Source of the DNA: an uncultured Solibacteraceae bacterium
Lineage (GTDB): Bacteria; Acidobacteriota; Vicinamibacteria; Vicinamibacterales; SCN-69-37
DNA length: 44,796 nt
Direction of reading: 5' to 3'
Assembly: GCA_964479175.1 (NCBI GenBank)
Contig: CAYZLT010000004.1
Coordinates: 1 to 44,796, forward strand
Shown here: positions 33,200-41,737 of the stretch, one piece after another
How the letters are laid out: the number at the start of each line of letters is the position of its first letter
Position numbering within the stretch: position 1 is the stretch's first letter
The notes under the pieces: model-generated
What the model was told of the DNA's origin: nothing
The model's database searches: none
The model's input: the letters and a program-made list of their open reading frames with translations, nothing else
Made by a program: the position numbers and the translations under genes

Positions 33200-35287
33200 T
33201 CAGCGATGCGGGGCCCGAATCTGGCGACTTCGATCAATGACCACGACACCCCTGTCATCAGCCTTGAGCTGAATTGGCGTGGCACCCAACGTAGAGGAAT
33301 AGAGAAGCTGGTGAGCAGGGGGTAACTGGCTCACGGAAAAACGTGACACGACCGTTCCATCCGACTGGGTCACCGTACCCACCTGTGTCGCATCGAGACT
33401 GCCGAGGCGGATGGGGCATTGCGCACCGGTCCACGTCACCGTTCCTGGGAGAACTCCATACCGACCAGCACCGAGAACCTCAATGGACGTAGGAAAACCC
33501 GCCAGTAGCCGGACGGCGACGGGTTGCCCGGATCCGGGTGCGACAAGGCACGTGGCGATGTGGCCTGGAGCGATCACATCGATGAACTCACCGGGAGACG
33601 CGACCCCTGCGGTCGCCCGAAATATGCCTGGCGCTGACTGTTCGAGTCGTCCATTTTGCGTACGAAGTTGGGCAGACGGCAGCGGCTGTCCGGCCGAATC
33701 CATCACGGTGATCTCGGTGTCATACGATGCGAGTGTCAGCACAACCTTCGAGTCGCCGGTGGCCTTGACTGCCACCTGACGAGGCGCGGCGACCACCACG
33801 GTTCGGTCAGGGCGCTCTTGTCTTGCTCTGACAACATAATCGCCTTCGGAGAAGCCAGGAAACTCCATGCTGGGGCTCGCTGGCGGCTTCAAGTCGAAGG
33901 CCACTCGCGAGATGCGGCTACCCGGAGTCTGCCGCGAGAAAGTAAACGTCACCGGCGATGCTTGATCCCAGCCTTCGACGACAACGACGAGCGTGCCCCC
34001 AGTCACAGACCAGTCCACCCGGTTTTGTCCCTCGTGAATGACAACCGTCTGCTCGCGCCCAATCAACGGCAGCCCCTTCATCGTAAGTCTGGCGACGTAC
34101 GTGCCAGATCTCGGGAGTCTCAGCGAGTAGTCGCCAGCAGAAAGGACGCTGGCCGTGACCCCCTCGGTGGGCGGCACATCGGGCTCGGCAAATGAGACCT
34201 GGAGGTCTGCACTGGGATACGGTCGTCCGTCCAGAGTCACGGTCCCGATCACCTCAAAGTCTGGCAGCGAGAGAATGGCCGTGGTCTCGACCTGCCTCTC
34301 GACCTGCACGACCTTCGTAACGGCGAAGCCTACGCCCTCGCCGGATGCCACAAGTTCGTACTCGCCCGGTGGTAGGCCGGAAAAGATCTGGTCACACCGA
34401 TGGGCGAAGTCGCGTCTGGCGACCCTGGAACGCAGTTGAGCTCCGGTGGGCGTCCGAGTCAACCTGACGACGTCCAGACGGCCAGAATTCGCGCACAGTT
34501 CTCGATCTATCGCAACTTTGACCCGTCCGACGTCACTGGGAGCCATCACGATCGCGACAGAGCTTCCGGGAGGCACTTCGAGCTCAACCGTCTCTCCCCC
34601 GATGTCGCCTTCGTAGACTGGCTGCCAGGTAACGGTTCCGGACAAGCCCCCAACAATGAGTCGACCGCCAACGTCCCCGAGCGTATATTCCCCAGGATCG
34701 CTCGCGGAAGAATTGCGCAGGCGAATTTTTAATGGGACTACGACAGCTGGCGCAACGGTGAAAAGAAGTTCGCCCCCGGTGACATGGCGAGTCGGGTGCC
34801 ACGGCGCCACTGACGGAATCGCTGACTCATGAAACGTGGCTGGTGGGAAACCGGGCCGTTGAAATCTGACGTACCGGTTCTTGTGACGCGCCACAAGAAG
34901 ATTACTGATTTGACTCGCCGGTCGAGCGGCGACGACGACAGGCACGGCGCCATCTTCCCAGGTGAGCCACTCTACTGCGGTCCATTCAGGACCGGTGGGC
35001 AGCGGCCTTGAGACGGCTGGACTCAAAGACAACAATCCGCTCTGGCACACATCGGCAACCAGAAGGTCGACCGGCTCCACGCCCTGAAAGTCGCAGACAA
35101 TCGAACCCGGGCGATCACACTGAAGGTGGAGCCCCGCGAGGGTCCGTGCCAGGGGAGCCCCTGAGTCCGCGAAGCGGCACAGCCCGGCCGGCGTCGACTC
35201 AGGCAGCCGGACTATTCGAGTTGTTTGCCCCTGCTGGCCCGCAATTGCGAGGACCAGCACGGATAGCCATGTCGCGCTGTTGAACAT
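33200..35287 (-). CDS. Large secreted hypothetical protein, beta-rich with CarboxypepD_reg/Ig-like repeats
   Basis: 695-aa ORF with a signal-like N-terminus (WLSVLVLAIAG). Segments such as VIGTVTLDGRPYPSADLQVSF..GDYSLRLPRSGTYVARL resemble carboxypeptidase-regulatory-like domains. G+C is lower than in the surroundings. Confidence 0.7.
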   Translation of the reverse strand: MFNSATWLSVLVLAIAGQQGQTTRIVRLPESTPAGLCRFADSGAPLARTLAGLHLQCDRPGSIVCDFQGVEPVDLLVADVCQSGLLSLSPAVSRPLPTGPEWTAVEWLTWEDGAVPVVVAARPASQISNLLVARHKNRYVRFQRPGFPPATFHESAIPSVAPWHPTRHVTGGELLFTVAPAVVVPLKIRLRNSSASDPGEYTLGDVGGRLIVGGLSGTVTWQPVYEGDIGGETVELEVPPGSSVAIVMAPSDVGRVKVAIDRELCANSGRLDVVRLTRTPTGAQLRSRVARRDFAHRCDQIFSGLPPGEYELVASGEGVGFAVTKVVQVERQVETTAILSLPDFEVIGTVTLDGRPYPSADLQVSFAEPDVPPTEGVTASVLSAGDYSLRLPRSGTYVARLTMKGLPLIGREQTVVIHEGQNRVDWSVTGGTLVVVVEGWDQASPVTFTFSRQTPGSRISRVAFDLKPPASPSMEFPGFSEGDYVVRARQERPDRTVVVAAPRQVAVKATGDSKVVLTLASYDTEITVMDSAGQPLPSAQLRTQNGRLEQSAPGIFRATAGVASPGEFIDVIAPGHIATCLVAPGSGQPVAVRLLAGFPTSIEVLGAGRYGVLPGTVTWTGAQCPIRLGSLDATQVGTVTQSDGTVVSRFSVSQLPPAHQLLYSSTLGATPIQLKADDRGVVVIDRSRQIRAPHR

Positions 35288-35311
35288 GATGGGTTTTCAT
35301 CCGTCCGCAGG

Positions 35312-35419
35312 CTACTTCACCCTGGCTTCCTCGTCAGCTTGAACCGGGACCGCCGAGGTCAGTGCCAACAACGACAGCGACATCACCACGAACGATACAT
35401 CCCTGATTTTTCGAATCAT
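35312..35419 (-). CDS. Possible 35-aa small ORF (signal peptide plus 7 residues), not in the ORF track
   Basis: Hand translation gives MIRKIRDVSFVVMSLSLLALTSAVPVQADEEARVK, with GGAG 3 nt upstream of the ATG. It lies 24 nt upstream of the 695-aa gene. It could be a gene remnant. Confidence 0.2.
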   Translation of the reverse strand: MIRKIRDVSFVVMSLSLLALTSAVPVQADEEARVK

Positions 35420-35475
35420 ACACTCCGACCCTTCTTGTTGTCGACGCGGTTTACATAGAGCGAGATCAACAATTC

Positions 35476-35931
35476 CTATGTGACTCCGAGCTTCAGAAGT
35501 TCAACAATGCTGCGATCCAGAACATCAATGGACTGCAGACCGGTGAGCACTTTTTTCACGTCAACAGTGGCCCCTGGTCCTGATACCCCGAGCAGAAGCA
35601 CCGGCGTCCCCGTAAGGCCAATGACGCCAGCCTCATCAAGATCAGCGGCAAGGTTGTCACTGGGCGCAGTCAAGCACAGGTTAAATCGACTCTCGTCAAG
35701 ATTCAGCCGTGCGCCATGCGCTTGAAGCTTGTCTGGACCGAACTGGTTCTTGGACTGAAAAACAAGATCGTGCATCTCCCAAAACCGCCCCTGGGCACCC
35801 GCGCACTCAGCGGCAACCGCTGCGGAGCGTGCGTTCGGATGGATGGCCTCCAGTGGAAGGTGACGGAACACGAACGCCACTTTGCCATTCGCTACGTAGC
35901 GGTAGATCTGCTCGACCTTCAACAGACTCAA
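35476..35931 (-). pseudogene. DsbA-family thioredoxin-fold gene remnant (C-terminal part only)
   Basis: GKVAFVFRHLPL, AAECAGAQGRFWEMHD and GLTGTPVLLLG match the DsbA-like helical insert and C-terminus. The upstream in-frame sequence reads ..SHSCPLS (CxxC degraded to CPLS) and then hits a stop at 35962-35964. More N-terminal-like sequence lies in another frame. Confidence 0.5.
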
Positions 35932-36010
35932 CGGGCACGAGTGGCTCCTCAGCCGAGTCGATCAACCCCTTGGTCGCCACACCGATGATCGCTCTGAAGC
36001 CGAACGCCTG

Positions 36011-36424
36011 ATGCTCCTGGGAGTCGTCGCGGATATCCACGACAGATTGTCCGCGACTGGCCGGCAGAGTGATGCCAGGCTCGCTGCAGTGCTCGCCTAC
36101 GTCCGTAAGCAATCGCGCGATCGCGACCTCACTCGGGCACTGGTCTCTCGGTCGCTGGGATTATCTGAGTTCTGGGTGGCGCATCACTTGAAACAGGCGA
36201 CCGGCCGGTCATTTTCAGGTCACGTCAACGACGCAAGGATGGCGGATGCCCTCAAGCTTCTTGATCGGCATGAGGAGGGAGTCAAACGGATCGCGCTCAC
36301 AGTCGGCTACGTCAGCCATCATGCGTTCACCAGACTCTTCGGACAGCGGTTCGCCATGACGCCAAGCTTGTGGCGCAGGGCGCAGGGCGCAGGGCGCAGG
36401 GCGCAGGGCGCAGGGCGAGCGTAG
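36011..36424 (+). CDS. AraC/XylS-type HTH-only protein (no ligand or dimerisation domain)
   Basis: A dual HTH region of about 100 aa (LAAVLAYV..LSRSLGLSEFWVAHHLKQATGRSF..IALTVGYVSHHAFTRLFGQRFAMTPSLWRR). The C-terminus is encoded by a heptamer repeat. Confidence 0.7.
   Translation: MLLGVVADIHDRLSATGRQSDARLAAVLAYVRKQSRDRDLTRALVSRSLGLSEFWVAHHLKQATGRSFSGHVNDARMADALKLLDRHEEGVKRIALTVGYVSHHAFTRLFGQRFAMTPSLWRRAQGAGRRAQGAGRA
36372..36406. repeat. Perfect tandem heptanucleotide repeat (GGCGCAG)x5 at the 3' end of the AraC-like CDS
   Basis: Read directly: five units plus a partial GGCG. It encodes RRAQGAGRRAQGAG and ends 16 nt before the TAG stop. Confidence 0.95.
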
Positions 36425-36427
36425 TCG

Positions 36428-36847
36428 ATGATTCTGATTGTCAACGACTTCCCGGCCGTCTCAGTCGCCTTCGGGCGCGCCCTGACTGCTGTCGGCGTCA
36501 CATACGAGGCCGTGGAAACGCTCCCTGCAGCGATCGCAGTGATCGGTCGCGACGATTGGACGGGCTTCGTGCTGGACATCTTCCTGCCGGGCGGCACAGG
36601 CGTCGATATTCTGGAAGCGATTCGGCGACAGCCGATCCACGCGCACACACCAGTGGCGCTCATCACTGCAGACATCCTGTTGGACGACGACCTTATGCGG
36701 CGCATTGCTGCTGGTCACGCCACGGTGCACATGGGTGTCTTTGACCGTCCGACCATCGAGGCCATCTGCCTCGACCTGCGGCTCGCGAGGCGTGAGCAAT
36801 CGTCGCGTTGGGTTGCGGCGTGCGCCGCTGGGCTGCAGCCGAATTGA
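36428..36847 (+). CDS. Stand-alone response-regulator receiver domain, atypical
   Basis: ILIVND (the usual DD pair reads ND), phospho-acceptor context VLDIFLPGGTG, and LITAD. The conserved Lys position appears to be FDRP. It starts 3 nt after the AraC-like stop, in the same frame. Confidence 0.7.
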   Translation: MILIVNDFPAVSVAFGRALTAVGVTYEAVETLPAAIAVIGRDDWTGFVLDIFLPGGTGVDILEAIRRQPIHAHTPVALITADILLDDDLMRRIAAGHATVHMGVFDRPTIEAICLDLRLARREQSSRWVAACAAGLQPN

Positions 36848-36878
36848 CCAAACCTAACGTTGGGTTTATGCTGGCGGA

Positions 36879-37064
36879 GTGACTTGGGGTGAGGTGATCC
36901 GGAAACTGAAAAAGGCCGGGTTCGTTGAGCAACGCGTAGGCAAGGGAAGCCATCGCCTGCTGGTGCAGCCTGCGACCGGACAGGAAGTCTGGGTGGCCGT
37001 GCACACGAAACACGACGCCGGGCACCTCGGCAACCGCATCCTCAAAGAGGCTGGTATCCAGTGA
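36879..37064 (+). CDS. hicA: HicA mRNA-interferase toxin
   Basis: 61 aa; ..VIRKLKKAGF..GKGSHRL is typical of HicA/YcfA. GTG start. 4-nt overlap with hicB. Confidence 0.85.
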   Translation: MTWGEVIRKLKKAGFVEQRVGKGSHRLLVQPATGQEVWVAVHTKHDAGHLGNRILKEAGIQ

Positions 37065-37393
37065 CAAAATACTTCCCGATTGTGATCGACCGTGAGGCAT
37101 CCGGAGCATTCAGCGCCTTTGTGCCGGGCCTGCCGATTTACGCGGCTGCAGACACGCGCCCGAAGGCCGAGACCGCCATTCGAGGCGTTCTGGGTGCTTA
37201 CTTGGCCGCCCACCCGGAAGCACAGCCGTCGTCGCTCGTCCGCGTCGCAGCCGTCCGAGTCACTGCCGGCCGCGCTGTGGTCGCGATGCGAAGTGCAGGC
37301 GCCCTGCTCGGTCACAAGCGAAGCCACGCGAAGGCCGCTGCCTCGCGCGCAAACGGGCAACTCGGCGGGCGACCCAAAAAACTCGCCAGTTAG
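37061..37393 (+). CDS. hicB: HicB antitoxin
   Basis: N-terminal YFPIVIDREASGAFSAFVPGLPIYAAADTRPKAETAIRGVL is a HicB/UPF0150 fold. Immediately downstream of hicA. Confidence 0.8.
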   Translation: MTKYFPIVIDREASGAFSAFVPGLPIYAAADTRPKAETAIRGVLGAYLAAHPEAQPSSLVRVAAVRVTAGRAVVAMRSAGALLGHKRSHAKAAASRANGQLGGRPKKLAS

Positions 37394-38325
37394 ACGGACC
37401 TGACCGATGGCGTCACCGAAAACGTGAACGCGTCGGGACGCGCGTAGTGACCTGCGACGTCAAGCGTCATGCGTTCCTCATCGAGGCGCGTGAAATCGAG
37501 CGAGGCTCTCAGGATCGTGGGCTCATCAAAGACCGGACCGGCGAGGTACTCGCCGCGCGGATTGATGATGGCACTGCCGCCGCGCAGCACGAACATGTCA
37601 TCCGCCCCCGCGCGTTCGGGGTCGCGCTCCAACTCCACTGGGAGCGCCGACGCACGCATGAGCGAACCCGCGGCGAGCACAAAGCACCGGCCTTCAAAGG
37701 CGTAGTGCCGACTCGCGATTTGATGGCGTTCGGCAACGGTGGGCCACACGGCCATGTGCAGGTCCTCGCCGGAGTCGTGCAACGCCTGCCGCGACAGCGG
37801 CATCCAGTGTTCCCAGCAGACCAATCCGCCCACGCGACCGTGTGGCGTCTGCACCGCGCGCAGACCACTGGTGTCGCCCTGACCCCAGACGAGCCGCTCG
37901 GTGTAGGTCGGCATCAACTTGCGATGGTGATTGAGCAGTTGACCGTCGGGTCCGTAGGTGAGCAGCGAGTTGTACAACGTGCCGTACCCCGGCCCCGACG
38001 CGACACGTTCGCTGACGCCAACGACAAGTGTGACTTTGCTCTCGCGTGCGATGGCGGCTAGCGCCTGACCACTCGCGCCGGCGACGTCCACACTCTCCGC
38101 GCGGTATCGCGCAAACACCGCCTTGGTCGACGGGTGGTCCCAGAGGTTGACGTCTCGACAGACATCCAGCCAGGCTGGATATCCCGGCAGCCACGTCTCT
38201 GGAAAGACCACCACCTGCGCGCCGAGCGCGGCCGCCTCCCGCGTCAGTTGCCGTGTGCGCTCCAGCCCTGCCTCCAGGGCCGGACTGACCTCGGCTTGGA
38301 CAATGGCTACTTCAACCGTCACCAC
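37390..38325 (-). CDS. Carbon-nitrogen hydrolase (nitrilase superfamily)
   Basis: Catalytic E-K-C triad contexts: VVFPETWLPGYP, HRKLMPT, LVCWEHWMP. The stop overlaps the convergent hicB stop (TTAG, 37390-37393). Confidence 0.88.
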   Translation of the reverse strand: MVTVEVAIVQAEVSPALEAGLERTRQLTREAAALGAQVVVFPETWLPGYPAWLDVCRDVNLWDHPSTKAVFARYRAESVDVAGASGQALAAIARESKVTLVVGVSERVASGPGYGTLYNSLLTYGPDGQLLNHHRKLMPTYTERLVWGQGDTSGLRAVQTPHGRVGGLVCWEHWMPLSRQALHDSGEDLHMAVWPTVAERHQIASRHYAFEGRCFVLAAGSLMRASALPVELERDPERAGADDMFVLRGGSAIINPRGEYLAGPVFDEPTILRASLDFTRLDEERMTLDVAGHYARPDAFTFSVTPSVRSV

Positions 38326-38714
38326 TTCACCGCCCGCATCGTCAGCGTCACCTCGTTCTGCACGCCGGGCTTCAACTCCTCGACCACCACGCGGGTCTCA
38401 TAGCCGAGGGCCCGGCACGTGACGCGATAGGTTCCCGTGCGCACACCCTCGACATCGAACCGGCCTCGGGCGTCGGTCGCGGACCCAAACTCCGTCAGGC
38501 CGGATTGCGGGTCCAGCGGCTGAAACACGACAGACGCATCGGGGATGGACGCACCGTACTCGTCAAACACCCGCCCGCGCACCTGTGCCATCGCCTGCCC
38601 AGGCCGCATCATCTCATCGACCGTCCGGCCAGCGATCCGTCCACCCGCGCACTGCGCCCCGGCCACGGCAGACACCAGTAGCAGCGCGAGCGCGACAGGT
38701 GTCCTCACGTCCAC
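38319..38714 (-). CDS. Secreted carboxypeptidase-regulatory-like (CarboxypepD_reg) domain protein
   Basis: Signal peptide; GRVFDEYGASIPDASVVFQP..TDARGRFDVEGVRTGTYRVTCRALGY pattern. 7-nt overlap with the nitrilase start. Confidence 0.75.
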   Translation of the reverse strand: MDVRTPVALALLLVSAVAGAQCAGGRIAGRTVDEMMRPGQAMAQVRGRVFDEYGASIPDASVVFQPLDPQSGLTEFGSATDARGRFDVEGVRTGTYRVTCRALGYETRVVVEELKPGVQNEVTLTMRAVKW

Positions 38715-38718
38715 TCGT

Positions 38719-39246
38719 CTATTTCACCGCGGTGAGCACCACGCGGATGTACCAGGCTGGCGCAATCCAGGCCAGGTGCTCTTCATAAAAGCGGGGCCAG
38801 CGATTGGCCAGCCACTCCCAGTGGCGATTCTTGTAGTTGCCGTAAAACCGCAGGTGGCGTTCGGTCAGCGTGAAGCGCGCGCCAGTGTAAAAGTCCCACT
38901 GATTTTGTCCGGTGAAATACTCAAACGAAAAATAGCCGAGATGATGACGATGGGTGGGATCGGTCCAGGAGTTCGCGCAGGAATAGTGCGGCGTGACGAT
39001 CTCGACGCGGCCGCCAGGTGCCAGCACGCGATGAATCTCTTCAAGTGTCTTGACCACATCGGCCACGTGTTCGATCACGTCCTTGCAGCGGACAAAGTCA
39101 AACTCCCCATCCCGGAACGGCCACGGCGTGATGTCGAGGTCGTGCACCACGTCCGGTCCGGTCGACGCGACGCGATCGACCGTCACTGCGCCAGGGACCG
39201 AGCGATCACGACCGGCGCCAATTTCGAGCACTCTGGGTTCAGACAT
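38719..39246 (-). CDS. Class I SAM-dependent methyltransferase
   Basis: VLEIGAGRD motif I. ATG 39246 lies 2 nt after the glycosyltransferase stop. The longer GTG 39321 start would overlap that gene by 73 nt. Confidence 0.8.
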   Translation of the reverse strand: MSEPRVLEIGAGRDRSVPGAVTVDRVASTGPDVVHDLDITPWPFRDGEFDFVRCKDVIEHVADVVKTLEEIHRVLAPGGRVEIVTPHYSCANSWTDPTHRHHLGYFSFEYFTGQNQWDFYTGARFTLTERHLRFYGNYKNRHWEWLANRWPRFYEEHLAWIAPAWYIRVVLTAVK

Positions 39247-39248
39247 TT

Positions 39249-40361
39249 TTACGGGTTCATTATCGCCGTACGGCGGCTCTGTGCGTACGCGGCAAAACAC
39301 CGGTCTGCGGTCGCCGTCCACGTAAAGCGATCCAGGACACGTTGCCGGGCCGCGGCTCCCATGGTGGCCGCAAGCGCGGGGTCCTCACAAAGCTGGCGCA
39401 GCCGCATGCCCAGTTCCTCCGGATGATCCGGCGACACCACAAACCCCGTGTCCCGGTCAGCCACCACCTCGGGCAGCGACGCCACGTCGGTGACGACCGT
39501 CGCGGTCCCGCAGGCCATCGCCTCCGCAGCGGCCAGTCCAAACAACTCGGCATGTTCAGTGACCGCACCGCGGTAGTCGGTGGCGACTGACGGCAGCACC
39601 GACACCGCCGCCCGGCGATATCGGTCCACCAGCTCCGAGTCGGAGACGTCGTGCTCAAACACGACGTGTTTGCCGACAGCACGATCGCGCAGATGCGCAA
39701 GATACGCCTGATCGTACGGACGGCCAATGACGTGCAGGCGCTGACCGGGCCCGATCGCGTCGATGAGATGGTCAACCCCCTTGTGCGCCACCAGGCGGCC
39801 GACAAACACCACCATGGACGGGTCTTTGGTGCCGCCCGGTGAAAAATGATCGGTGTCCACACCACCGTAGATCACCTCGAGTGCGCTGGGCCGCCGCCAC
39901 TCGGGTCGCTGCAGCCAAAGCTGACGCGAGTACTCGCTGATCAACAGATACGCCGTCGCCCGGCGCATCAGTGGAAACCGTCGCGAGGGCATGCGCGCGT
40001 ACCCGCCACCCAGGTCGGTGACAAACACGGGACGTCCCATCGCAGACGCCGCGAGCACGGCGACATTCGTGGACATGACGTCCACCTGGTGGCAATGCAC
40101 CACATCCGCCGCTCGAATCGCCCTGAAAAACGACCAGCGCACCGGGTCGGGCATCAGAGAGTGCTGCACTCCTCCCCAATGCTTCAAACACACCATCCGC
40201 ACATCGTCTCGCTGACTCGTGAAGGCGCGCGGCCCGAAGGTCAGCAGAGTGACGTCCGCCGACCGTGCCATCGCCTTCGCCAGTTCCCAGGTGTACCGCT
40301 CCGCCCCGCCGATGATCGACGACACGTCGAAATAGGTGGGAACGATATGGAGGATCCGCAC
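39249..40361 (-). CDS. Glycosyltransferase family 4 (GT-B fold)
   Basis: MRILHIVPTY..GGAERY N-terminus and the C-terminal ELFGLAAAEAMACGTATVVTD motif; 370 aa. Confidence 0.88.
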   Translation of the reverse strand: MRILHIVPTYFDVSSIIGGAERYTWELAKAMARSADVTLLTFGPRAFTSQRDDVRMVCLKHWGGVQHSLMPDPVRWSFFRAIRAADVVHCHQVDVMSTNVAVLAASAMGRPVFVTDLGGGYARMPSRRFPLMRRATAYLLISEYSRQLWLQRPEWRRPSALEVIYGGVDTDHFSPGGTKDPSMVVFVGRLVAHKGVDHLIDAIGPGQRLHVIGRPYDQAYLAHLRDRAVGKHVVFEHDVSDSELVDRYRRAAVSVLPSVATDYRGAVTEHAELFGLAAAEAMACGTATVVTDVASLPEVVADRDTGFVVSPDHPEELGMRLRQLCEDPALAATMGAAARQRVLDRFTWTATADRCFAAYAQSRRTAIMNP

Positions 40362-40364
40362 GGC

Positions 40365-41240
40365 CTAGTCGCGCCCGAGGGGTGGGAGAAGCGCGTGCAC
40401 GGCCTCACGCAGCACGGACCAGGCCTCGCGATCGGGCGCGATGAGATCGAAGTGCCCTGCTCCTTCGACCAGTCGTACGGTCGCGCCGACTCCTGCCACC
40501 TTCACGAAGGCGTCCGCCTGCGCACGCGGCACGATCGTGTCGGCCGAACCAACAATGAGCTGGACCGGTACAGACGGCACCAGTGCGACTGGTGAGGCCT
40601 GCGCGTAGCGGTCGACGACTGCATCAGGCGCACCACCCATCAGTGGCACTACCGCAGAGCCGCAGCCGGTCGATGAGGCGTAGGCGGCCACGTCCGTGAT
40701 GCCGGCGATCGAGACGACGCCGCGGGGCACGAGCGGATCCGATGTGGCCAGTGGCGTGTCCTTTGGCAACAACCCGCGGGCCGCACTCCACAACGCCAGA
40801 TGTCCTCCCGCTGAATGTCCGGCGACAACGACGCGAGAGAGTTCGAGCGGGTGGATTTGTGCCAGCGTGCGGAGATGATCAATCGCCGCACCGACATCGA
40901 GAAACGTCCCCGGCCATCCGCCACCAGGGCTGCCGACGCGACGATATTCAATCGCCCACACTGCCCAGCCGTCGCCGGCCAACGCGGTCGCGAGCGGCGC
41001 GATGTGTGTGACGTCGTATTCGGCGCGCCAGCATCCACCGTGAATCAGGACGACGACCGGGTGGGGGCCAGCACCAGTCGGGATTCGTAGTTCGCCGAAT
41101 TGCTCCGGCGCAGCACCATAGGTCACGCGCGCGTCTGCCGGGCGACTCGGCATGGCGGCCACTTCGTTGAAAGTACGGGAACGCTGGGGTTGGGTCGTGG
41201 ACATGGCGATCACGGCAATCAGGACGATGACAGATTTCAT
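40365..41240 (-). CDS. Secreted alpha/beta hydrolase (esterase/lipase with HGG oxyanion motif)
   Basis: Signal peptide MKSVIVLIAVIAMS; VVLIHGGCW; AGHSAGGHLAL (GxSxG). ATG 41240 makes an ATGA overlap with the upstream gene stop. Confidence 0.82.
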   Translation of the reverse strand: MKSVIVLIAVIAMSTTQPQRSRTFNEVAAMPSRPADARVTYGAAPEQFGELRIPTGAGPHPVVVLIHGGCWRAEYDVTHIAPLATALAGDGWAVWAIEYRRVGSPGGGWPGTFLDVGAAIDHLRTLAQIHPLELSRVVVAGHSAGGHLALWSAARGLLPKDTPLATSDPLVPRGVVSIAGITDVAAYASSTGCGSAVVPLMGGAPDAVVDRYAQASPVALVPSVPVQLIVGSADTIVPRAQADAFVKVAGVGATVRLVEGAGHFDLIAPDREAWSVLREAVHALLPPLGRD

Positions 41241-41737
41241 GACGGTGAACCAGGGACAACCGTCGGCCAAGCGCCCCCAATGCGCCCTGGGTGAAAGCGC
41301 AGGGCGCCGCGAGCGAGAGCGGCCTGAATTTCGGAGACCTGAATTCGGGCCAGTTCACCGCTCTCGGTCAGGACGGCAGAGCCGATATGCTCCGCGGGGA
41401 GCGCCCGGACGATCTCGGAAGCGGTGGCGAGTGCCTCCTGCCACTGACGGGACAACAGGGCGGCATCCGGCGCGTCCCCCTCAAATGCCAGGGTCGCTAC
41501 CTCGGCAGCGGAATACCGCGCGGTGTCGGGATCCTTTCCACACGCCGCCCATGCGAGATAGCCGAATGGTTGCAGCCGCTGCGTTGTATCGTGGAAAAGA
41601 TCGAGATCGCGGGACACACGTTGTGCATCGAGCGCCATACCGAGCGCGACGCCTCCAGCGACATCGCTGTCGCCTCGGGAGCGGCGGTCCGCCGCTAACA
41701 GTCGGCAGAGAGTGCGTTGGAACGGGGTGACAGCCAT
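41237..41737 (-). CDS. Shortened nucleotidyltransferase of the AbiEii/DUF1814-like type
   Basis: The N-terminal VAGGVALGMAL..RVSRDLDLFHD fits the Pol-beta NTase G[GS]..DxD pattern. At 166 aa it seems short for this family, suggesting an internal deletion. Confidence 0.5.
   Translation of the reverse strand: MAVTPFQRTLCRLLAADRRSRGDSDVAGGVALGMALDAQRVSRDLDLFHDTTQRLQPFGYLAWAACGKDPDTARYSAAEVATLAFEGDAPDAALLSRQWQEALATASEIVRALPAEHIGSAVLTESGELARIQVSEIQAALARGALRFHPGRIGGAWPTVVPGSPS

Noticed and set aside
36011-36847. A single fused HTH-REC protein produced by read-through of TAG 36422-36424
   Set aside because: The two ORFs are in the same frame, but I see no read-through context. The receiver has its own ATG 3 nt after the stop. 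The domain order would be atypical. It is treated as two genes.
37390-40361. Nitrilase + glycosyltransferase as a Nit1C-type cluster
   Set aside because: The Nit1C cluster is defined by additional radical-SAM, AIR-synthase-like, GNAT and flavoprotein genes. None of these is present here.
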